DNA from: Macrostomum lignano
Taxonomy: Eukaryota
Assembly (NCBI GenBank): GCA_002269645.1
Contig: NIVC01003106.1
Span: forward strand, 121,389 to 156,984
Direction: 5' to 3'
DNA: 35,596 nucleotides
Shown here in pieces: positions 9,526-35,596 of the stretch (positions within the stretch are counted from its first letter, which is position 1; each line of letters starts with the position of its first letter). The notes beneath the pieces are model-generated. The model worked only from the letters and a program-made list of their open reading frames with translations, was not told the DNA's origin and did no database searches. Both the position numbers and the translations under genes were made by a program.

Positions 9526-10554
9526 TCAGCCTCTCGGTCCGAAGTGTGCCAGAAGCTCCATCGGCAGTGGAAATATTACAGTAGAATTCTTCTCGGCTGA
9601 AATCGCGCTCACAGTGTGCAGGTAGCGCAGTTGGAGGGCCGACGGTGACTGCTGGATCACGGAGGCGGCTTCGCGCAGCGCCCTGGACGCGCGTCGCTCG
9701 CCCTCGGCCATGATCACCTTGGCGCGCGCCTCCCGAGCAGCCTCCGCCTCCGCGGCCATGGCTCTCTGCAGCTGCACCGGCAGGCGGACGTCCTTGATCT
9801 CCACTCGTTCAACTTTGACGCCCCACGGATCGGTGGCCGCGTCCAGGCTCTCCTGCATCAGGCAGCTGATGTCCTCGCGCTCGGCCAGAATCTCAGACAG
9901 GTTCTTCGTGCCCAGCACGTTCCTGAGGGTGGTCTGTGCCAGCAGCCGGGTCGAGCGGTCGGCGTTCGCCACGTTGATGACGCTGATCACCGGGTTGAAT
10001 ATTCGATAGTACACCACGGCGTCAACTGCCACGGTAACTGAGTCCTTCGTCAGCACCTCCTGGGGCGGCACGTCGAAGGTGACGGTGCGCAGGTCGACGA
10101 TGCGCACGGTGTCGCAGCAGGGCGCGGCGAAGAACAGGCCGGGACCGCGGGCGCGGCTGCCGGACACGCGGCCGAGGCGGAGCAGCACGGCGCGCTCATA
10201 TTCAGCAACGACGCGCAGGCAGAACAGCAGCGAGAAGGGCAGCGTCAGCAGGACCAGCGCCAGGCTGCAGATGTACAGCAGGCGGGAGCAGAAGCCGACG
10301 GTCTCGTCGTTTTCATCCAAGATGTCAATGTCCGGGTTCAGCAGGTCGGGTCTAAGAAACCGCATGTCCCGCTTGCGTTGACGAAGCCGCATGGCGAGGT
10401 CGGCGACAGCGGCGTCGTCGTCGACGGCATTGGGGTCGGCGGCGGCGGCGGTGGCGGTGGCGGCGGTAGTTGCTGCGTTGGGATTAAAGATGACATCCTG
10501 AAGCAGCGGCCCCTCGACGTCATTCGACTCGCTGGCATCGGTGGAAGCAGCCAT
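9526..10554 (-). CDS. STOM: Intronless stomatin / MEC-2-like SPFH (band 7) membrane protein, 342 aa
   Basis: Hydrophobic hairpin with Pro (LVLLTLPFSLLFC), EYERAVLLRLGR, GPGLFF..PC.D, VDLRTVTFDVPPQEVLTKDSVTVAVDAVVYYRI, LAQTTLRNVLG, WGVKVERVEIKDVRLP.QLQRAMAAEAEA.REARAK, ALQLRYL, EKNSTVIFPLP. Uninterrupted ATG-to-TGA ORF. Symbol is family-level. Confidence 0.96.
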   Translation of the reverse strand: MAASTDASESNDVEGPLLQDVIFNPNAATTAATATAAAADPNAVDDDAAVADLAMRLRQRKRDMRFLRPDLLNPDIDILDENDETVGFCSRLLYICSLALVLLTLPFSLLFCLRVVAEYERAVLLRLGRVSGSRARGPGLFFAAPCCDTVRIVDLRTVTFDVPPQEVLTKDSVTVAVDAVVYYRIFNPVISVINVANADRSTRLLAQTTLRNVLGTKNLSEILAEREDISCLMQESLDAATDPWGVKVERVEIKDVRLPVQLQRAMAAEAEAAREARAKVIMAEGERRASRALREAASVIQQSPSALQLRYLHTVSAISAEKNSTVIFPLPMELLAHFGPRG

Positions 10555-10626
10555 GGACGATGGCTGGATGATCCGGAATTTCGGTAGACTTTGGGATAAT
10601 TGCTCAGTTCTTTGCGATTGGGGAAT

Positions 10627-10951
10627 GAGGTAATCAGCTGCTCATTCCTGTAGCACCCATGGGGTAATCAGCTGCTCATTCCTGTAGAAGCCATGGGGTA
10701 ATCAGCTGCTCATTCCTGTAGAAGCCATGGGGTAATCAGCTGCTCATTCCTGTAGAACTCATGGTGTAATCAGCTGCTCATTCCTGTAGAACTCATGGGG
10801 TAATCAGCTGCTCATTCCTGTAGAACTCATGGGGTAATCAGCTGCTCATTCCTGTAGAACTCATGGGGTAATCAGCTGCTCATTCCTGTAGAACTCAAGG
10901 GGTAATCAGCTGCTCATTCCTGTAGCACCTGTGGGGTAATCAGTTGCTCAG
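10627..10951. repeat. 34-bp minisatellite (GGGGTAATCAGCTGCTCATTCCTGTAGAACTCAT)n, about 9-10 copies, upstream of stomatin
   Basis: Period 34 measured (ACTCAT at 10791 and 10825). Confidence 0.96.
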
Positions 10952-11324
10952 GTTCTAATAAGCTGCTTACATGTAGATTGTTTTGTCACAAAATTGATAA
11001 AATCTCACCTTAAGATACGAGTAGAAGAATTTCAGTAGCTGGATAATCTTGCTTTAAAATTTTTGGCAAGTCGGCTCTGACGCTTGAGCGCTTAGAAAAT
11101 TCAAATTATGCTTCATACAAAACTTGCACTGACGCGTACTTATTGCAGCTCATGCAGAATTCAGCCAATCAGGCATGGTTATTTGAATTCGACAATATTC
11201 TGGGATGCCCAGCAGCCATTTAGAGCTCATGCTCAAAACTCAGGACAGACTCTCTGCACTGAGACCCCCGGCCGAAATGTAAAAATTTAGCATTCTCAGT
11301 GCTGCAGCAGCGATTCCGTGGCTA

Positions 11325-13330
11325 CTGAGTAGCTTATTGAGTAGTTTATTGAGTAGTTTATTGAGTAGCTTATTGAGTAGCTTATTGAGTAGCTTATTGA
11401 GTAGTTTATTGAGTAGCTTATTGAGTAGCTTATTGAGTAGTTTATTGAGTAGCTTATTGAGTAGCTTATTGAGTAGCTTATTGAGTAGCTTATTGAGTAG
11501 TTTATTGAGTAGCTTATTGAGTAGCTTATTGAGTAGTTTATTGAGTAGTTTATTGAGTAGCTTATTGAGTAGCTTATTGAGTAGCTTATTGAGTAGTTTA
11601 TTGAGTAGTTTATTGAGTAGCTTATTAAGTAGCTTATTGAGTAGCTTATTGAGTAGTTTATTGAGTAGTTTATTGAGTAGCTTATTGAGTAGCTTATTGA
11701 GTAGCTTATTGAGTAGCTTAATGAGTAGCTTATTGAGTAGTTTATTGAGTAGCTTATTGAGTAACTTATTGAGTAGCTTATTGAGTAGCTTATTGAGTAG
11801 TTTATTGAGTAGTTTATTGAGTAGCTTATTGAGTAGTTTATTGAGTAGTTTATTGAGTAGCTTATTGAGTAGCTTATTGAGTAGCTTATTGAGTAGCTTA
11901 CTGGGTACCTTTTTAAGTAGCTTATTGAGTAGCTTATTGAGTAAGCTTATTGAGTAGCTTATTGGGTAGCTTACTGAGTAGCTTTTTGAGTAGCTTATTA
12001 AGTAACTTATTGAGTAGCTTATTGAGTAGTTTATTGAGTAGTTTATTGAGTAGCTTATTGAGTAGCTTATTGAGTAGCTTATTGAGTAGCTTAATGAGTA
12101 GCTTATTGAGTAGTTTATTGAGTAGCTTATTGAGTAGCTTATTGAGTAGCTTATTGAGTAGTTTATTGAGTAGCTTATTGAGTAGCTTATTGAGTAGCTT
12201 ATTGAGTAGTTTATTGAGTAGTTTATTGAGTAGCTTATTAAGTAGCTTATTGAGTAGCTTATTGAGTAGTTTATTGAGTAGTTTATTGAGTAGCTTATTG
12301 AGTAGCTTATTGAGTAGCTTATTGAGTAGCTTAATGAGTAGCTTATTGAGTAGTTTATTGAGTAGCTTATTGAGTAGCTTATTGAGTAGCTTATTGAGTA
12401 GCTTATTGAGTAGTTTATTGAGTAGCTTATTGAGTAGCTTATTGAGTAGCTTATTGAGTAGCTTATTGAGTAGTTTATTGAGTAGCTTATTGAGTAGCTT
12501 ATTGAGTAGTTTATTGAGTAGCTTATTGAGTAGCTTATTGAGTAGCTTATTGAGTAGTTTATTGAGTAGCTTATTGAGTAGCTTATTGAGTAGCTTATTG
12601 AGTAGTTTATTGAGTAGTTTATTGAGTAGCTTATTAAGTAGCTTATTGAGTAGCTTATTGAGTAGTTTATTGAGTAGTTTATTGAGTAGCTTATTGAGTA
12701 GCTTATTGAGTAGCTTATTGAGTAGCTTAATGAGTAGCTTATTGAGTAGTTTATTGAGTAGCTTATTGAGTAACTTATTGAGTAGCCTATTGAGTAGCTT
12801 ATTGAGTAGTTTATTGAGTAGTTTATTGAGTAGCTTATTGAGTAGTTTATTGAGTAGTTTATTGAGTAGCTTATTGAGTAGCTTATTGAGTAGCTTATTG
12901 AGTAGCTTACTGGGTACCTTATTAAGTAGCTTATTGAGTAGCTTATTGAGTAAGCTTATTGAGTAGCTTATTGGGTAGCTTACTGAGTAGCTTTTTGAGT
13001 ACCTTATTGAGTAGTTTATTGACTAGCTTATTGAGTAGCTTACTAGGTAGTTTATTTCATAACTTTTGGGTAGCTTTTTGAGTAGCTTTTTGGGTAGCTT
13101 ATTGAATAGCTTTTTGGGTAGCTTATTGGGTAGCTTATTGGGTAGCTTTTTAGGTAGCTTTTTTATGTAGCTCATTGGGTAGCTTATTGGGTAGCTTATT
13201 AGGTAGCTTTTTATGTAGCTCATTGGGTAGCTTATTGGGTAGCTTATTAGGTAGCTTTTTATGTAGCTCATTGGGTAGCTTATTGGGTAGCTTATTAGGT
13301 AGCTCATTGGGTAGCTTATTGGGTTGCTTA
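11325..13330. repeat. 12-bp satellite (GAGTAG[C/T]TTATT)n, about 165 copies, with higher-order duplication
   Basis: Direct; rare variants recur at about 1009-bp spacing. Confidence 0.98.
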
Positions 13331-13347
13331 CTGATTCCTCTTCCCAA

Positions 13348-14247
13348 GGGGAATCGCTGTCATGCTATTGGGGGGGGGGAATCGCTGTCATGCTATTGGG
13401 GGGGGAATCGCTGTCATGCTATTGGGGGAATCGCTGTCATGCTATTGGGGAATCGCTGTCATGCTATTGGGGGGGGAGTAGATGTCATGCTATTGGGGGA
13501 ATCGCTGTCATGCTATTGGGGGGGGAGTAGATGTCATGCTATTGGGGGAATCGCTGTCATGCTATTGGGGGAATCGCTGTCATGCTATTGGGGGAATCGC
13601 TGTCATGCTATTGGGGAATCGCTGTCATGCTATTGGGGGGGGAGTAGATGTCATGCTATTGGGGGGGGAGTAGATGTCATGCTATTGGGGGAATCGCTGT
13701 CATGCTATTGGGGGAATCGCTGTCATGCTATTGGGGGGGGAGTAGATGTCATGCTATTGGGGGAATCGCTGTCATGCTATTGGGGGAATCGCTGTCATGC
13801 TATTGGGGGAATCGCTGTCATGCTATTGGGGGGGAGTAGATGTCATGCTATTGGGGGAATCGCTGTCATGCTATTGGGGGAATCGCTGTCATGCTATTGG
13901 GGGGGAATCGCTGTCATGCTATTGGGGGGGAATCGCTGTCATGCTATTGGGGGAATCGCTGTCATGCTATTGGGGGGGGAATCGCTGTCATGCTATTGGG
14001 GGGGGGAATCGCTGTCATGCTATTGGGGGGGGAGTAGATGTCATGCTATTGGGGGGGGAGTAGATGTCATGCTATTGGGGGGGAGTAGATGTCATGCTAT
14101 TGGGGGGGGAGTAGATGTCATGCTATTGGGGGGGAGTAGATGTCATGCTATTGGGGGGGGAGTAGATGTCATGCTATTGGGGGGGGAGTAGATGTCATGC
14201 TATTGGGGGGGGAGTAGATGTCATGCTATTGGGGGAATCGCTGTCAT
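13348..14247. repeat. G-run minisatellite with two unit types (GnAATCGCTGTCATGCTATT and GnAGTAGATGTCATGCTATT)
   Basis: Direct; G-run length varies from about 4 to 9. Confidence 0.96.
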
Positions 14248-14719
14248 TACACGAGTACTATCTATCAACGATATTTTTTCAGAGAGGCGTTGTCAAGCAG
14301 CTGAATTCCCACCCAAAGCTGTTCATCCAATGCGTGCAGCCCTGCTTGTACTTTTATGCGGTTTTTTACAAGCCCGCCAAAGTCGATTTGTAGTCCAAAA
14401 ACTGGGAATAGCCTCGGCCGACAGGACAAAGATAAAACAAGGAATGGAATTGGTACACGAGGGAAGCAGCAATTTGAGGCTCAAGCAGCCCCAGTCCAAA
14501 CTCAGCGTGTGCTCAGGATCTGGCTACAGAAATCTCCAGGATTAACTGGCTATGTCAACACCCCAGCTGGGATGCGTGCGCCTGCCAATGTTTGGGAACT
14601 GTGGGAAGACAGATGGTTTCGGTTTTGGGCCGGTCTTAATTCTGGAGTGTGTGCGAAAGTGGCAGCACCAGTATCAGTGCATTGTCTTTTTCTTCTTGCC
14701 CAGTTATATGATGCTTAAC

Positions 14720-15618
14720 TTTTTCCACTGCATCGATTGGTGTCAAACACAGCTGGGAATTTTCCACTGCATCGATTGGTGTCAAACACAGCTGGGAATT
14801 TTCCACTGCATCGATTGGTGTCAAACACAGCTGGGAATTTTCCACTGCATCGATTGGTGTCAAACACAGCTGGGAATTTTCCACTGCATCGATTGGTGTC
14901 AAACACAGCTGGGAATTTTCCACTGCAGCGATTGGTGTCAAACACAGCTGGGAATTTTCCACTGCATCGATTGGTGTCAAACACAGCTGGGAATTTTCCA
15001 CTGCATCGATTGGTGTCAAACACAGCTGGGAATTTTCCACTGCATCGATTGGTGTCAAACACAGCTGGGAATTTTCCACTGCATCGATTGGTGTCAAACA
15101 CAGCTGGGAATTTTCCACTGCAGCGATTGGTGTCAAACACAGCTGGGAATTTTCCACTGCAGCGATTGGTGTCAAACACAGCTGGGAATTTTCCACTGCA
15201 TCGATTGGTGTCAAACACAGCTGGGAATTTTCCACTGCAGCGATTGGTGTCAAACACAGCTGGGAATTTTCCACTGCATCGATTGGTGTCAAACACAGCT
15301 GGGAATTTTCCACTGCATCGATTGGTGTCAAACACAGCTGGGAATTTTCCACTGCATCGATTGGTGTCAAACACATCGGGGAATTTTCCACTGCATCGAT
15401 TGGTGTCAAACACAGCTGGGAATTTTCCACTGCATCGATTGGTGTCAAACACAGCTGGGAATTTTCCACTGCATCGATTGGTGTCAAACACAGCTGGGAA
15501 TTTTCCACTGCATCGATTGGTGTCAAACACATCGGGGAATTTTCCACTGCATCGATTGGTGTCAAACACATCGGGGAATTTTCCACTGCATCGATTGGTG
15601 TCAAACACAGCTGGGAAT
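14720..15618. repeat. 39-bp minisatellite (TTTTCCACTGCATCGATTGGTGTCAAACACAGCTGGGAA)n, about 23 copies
   Basis: Period 39 (AGCTGGG at 14751 and 14790); no spacers. Confidence 0.98.
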
Positions 15619-15980
15619 TCATTCCAACCTTATTCCAACTTCTAATTTTAAGACATAACAGGCTCCAGTTTGAAAGCAAGCAACTTTCTTTTGTTTTAAA
15701 CAAGCAGTTGGTTTAGTATAGTGTATTAATAAATCAAATTTAAAAAAGAAGCAGAAACGACACAGCCCAACGGAAAATGAGTTTCCAAGACAAGTTGTTA
15801 TACATCTGCAGTGAAAACTATTCACAGTAAGTTTCTGCTTGCTGATCACCCAGCAATTCTTAACAAACAGCTGAATTCATTTAAAACAACAGAAACCGAG
15901 TCAGCATAGCAAACTACGCTACTATCAGTAGATTAAATCGGATGCAAATGATAATAAAACAAAACAAAACAAATACGCGA

Positions 15981-15986
15981 TTTAAT
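15981..15986 (-). promoter_or_regulatory. Candidate poly(A) signal ATTAAA for RUNX
   Basis: Variant hexamer about 30 nt past the RUNX stop on the minus strand. Confidence 0.3.
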
Positions 15987-16017
15987 CAAACTGAATTTTT
16001 CATTACATCGTTCGAAG

Positions 16018-20820
<4,803 letters not shown>

Positions 20821-20857
20821 GGGATTGCGTGGGGATCGAGCTTGATGCTTTGGGCAG

Positions 20858-21480
20858 GGAGTGAAGGGAATGAAGGGAGTGAAGGAAGTGAAGGGAGTGA
20901 AGGGAGTGAAGGAGTGAATGGAAAGAAAAGAATAAAGGGAGTGAAGGGAGTGAAGGGAGTGAAGGGAGTGAAGGGAGTGAAGGGAGTGAAGGGAGTGAAG
21001 GGAGTGAAGGGAGTGAAGGGAGTGAAGGGAGTGAATGAAGTGAAGGGAGTGAAGGGAGTGAAGGGAGTGAAGGGAGTGAAGGGAGTGAATGAAGTGAAGG
21101 GAGTGAAGGGAGTGAAGGGAGTGAACAGAGTGAATGAAGTGAAGGGAGTGAAGGGAGTGAAGGAGTGAAGGGAGTGAAGGGAGTGAACAGAGTGAATGAA
21201 GTGAAGGGAGTGAAGGGAGTGAAGGAGTGAAGGGAGTGAAGGGAGTGAAGGGAGTGAAGGGAGTGAAGGGAGTGAAGGGAGTGAAGGGAGTGAATGAAGT
21301 GAAGGGAGTGAAGGGAGTGAAGGGAGTGAAGGGAGTGAAGGGAGTGAATGAAGTGAAGGGAGTGAAGGGAGTGAAGGGAGTGAACAGAGTGAATGAAGTG
21401 AAGGGAGTGAAGGGAGTGAAGGAGTGAAGGGAGTGAAGGAGTGAATGGAAAGAAAAGAATGAAGGGAGTGAAGGGAGGGG
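20858..21480. repeat. 9-bp repeat (GAAGGGAGT)n between the HDHD5 3' end and the RUNX 5' end
   Basis: Direct; recurring GTGAACAGAGTGAATGAA variants show block duplication. Confidence 0.97.
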
Positions 21481-21937
21481 AAAAGGTTCATCGGGCTGAG
21501 CAGTCATCAAGCAAATTAATTAGCTGTCAAAGATAAGAACAGCCTTTTATAGACAAAATTATCAAGGTTTGCTACTTAATGTGATTACCGCTTCAGGTGA
21601 TGGTTTTCGAGTTTAATTACTCTAATCTAAAAGCGTGCGGCTTTAGCAAAGTTTGTGGAACACGGTCATTAGTGTGCAATTCGAATAAAAGGGGCAAGCA
21701 AGCATTTCAGCTATATAATACGTGTTGAAGTATTACACGATGTGTTAATAGACGCGATGAAAAAAATTATTATCTGCTCTGATCTTGCCCTGATCTTTTC
21801 AAACACATCTATGACGGTACAGGGGAGTTTTGGAAGCAATCGAAGCAAGGGATTTTAAGACGGTACAAGCGTGCGGCGATGATTGATGATTGATAGGCTT
21901 ATATTGTTAGAGCTGTTCAAGCTGCGGTGGGAAAACA

Positions 21938-29425
<7,488 letters not shown>

Positions 29426-30013
29426 TTTAAGGGTTGCCTCCCGCTGCGCCTTATCAGCCGCGGTGCAATCCAGTTCACGCGAAGCCACCCCGCCCCTCCC
29501 CCTCATGCAGTGCACTCAGGGTGCCAGAGACTTTCACAGAAAAAAGCACAACGCAAAAAACCTTCATGGACGTCTAATCGAAGCGTCCAGGAGAATCGGC
29601 CGGTTTTGGGCTCAGAAAAGATAAACAAAAAACTGTATTTTCTCACGACAACAAAAAAGTTAAAAAGCATTAAATAAAGAATCTGCGAAGTTTCATTCAA
29701 GATTTCAGCACATGGCCCGGGTACTGAATTGCACCAATTTTAAGCCATTTAAAATTTATTTTCTCAACAATTGTCCTAAACTGTCTTTTTTAGATCAAAG
29801 CGCTGCCCTAAGGCTTGGGCTTATAATATAGTGGCAATAGTCTATGGCCAAAAGTGTACTGTACCGCTGCCCCATAGCAGCCCAGCTAAAGCACTATATA
29901 GACTTATTGATAGGCAATGAAGCTGTTTCGAGTAGATGCAGACGCAGTTAAGGATTAGTGAACTACAATAGAGATAGAACAGCGGCACTGTTGCTAAGCG
30001 TCACATCTAAACT
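29426..30013. promoter_or_regulatory. Putative bidirectional promoter between HDHD5 (-) and the TTLL-like gene (+)
   Basis: Head-to-head starts about 590 bp apart; GC box CCCCGCCCC at about 29488-29496; YY1-like GCGCCATTTT overlapping the upstream HDHD5 ATG (29419-29428). No tandem repeat in the interval. Confidence 0.55.

Positions 30014-35596
<5,583 letters not shown>

Noticed and set aside
11325-13330. TAGCTTAT matches the 5' end of miR-21
   Set aside because: An 8-nt coincidence in a satellite; no hairpin, and miR-21 is a vertebrate miRNA.
11337-14191. SSLL-repeat ORFs and GGNRCHAI-repeat ORFs
   Set aside because: Stop-free frames of the 12-bp and G-run satellites.
14330-14545. 71-aa ORF with a signal-peptide-like start (MRAALLVLLCGFLQA)
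   Set aside because: No GC3 bias like the real genes and no recognisable domain; cannot be supported without expression data.
14720-15618. CRISPR-like array of 39-bp repeats
   Set aside because: Units are directly adjacent with no unique spacers, the context is eukaryotic, and there are no cas genes.

Overview
Eukaryotic (animal) genomic DNA with spliceosomal GT-AG introns and GC3-rich exons. About half of the window (about 17.6 kb by my tally) is tandem repeat, in about 30 different arrays. This style suggests a repeat-rich invertebrate such as the flatworm Macrostomum (inference, not verified). Five genes can be reconstructed by hand: (1) an intronless Shaker/Kv1-family K+ channel (2445-3738, +) with two single-base frameshifts in short C/G runs and an S4 segment lacking one charged triplet; (2) an intronless stomatin/MEC-2 gene (9526-10554, -); (3) a RUNX transcription factor (16018-20820, -) with an intact Runt domain and a WRPY motif followed by two extra residues; (4) an intact HDHD5/CECR5 HAD hydrolase (21938-29425, -, 9-10 exons); (5) a divergent TTLL-family (TTLL10-like) ligase (30014 to window end, +), head-to-head with HDHD5. 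There is also an orphan coding-like segment (622-1137) and a tRNA-derived SINE (about 25915-26112). The most striking pattern is that 14 of 21 predicted introns each carry their own private minisatellite, and several units are copies of the adjacent splice donor or acceptor. Almost all long ORFs in the ORF track are repeat artefacts. Exon structures are manual predictions from splice consensus, reading phase and remembered family motifs; no searches were run.
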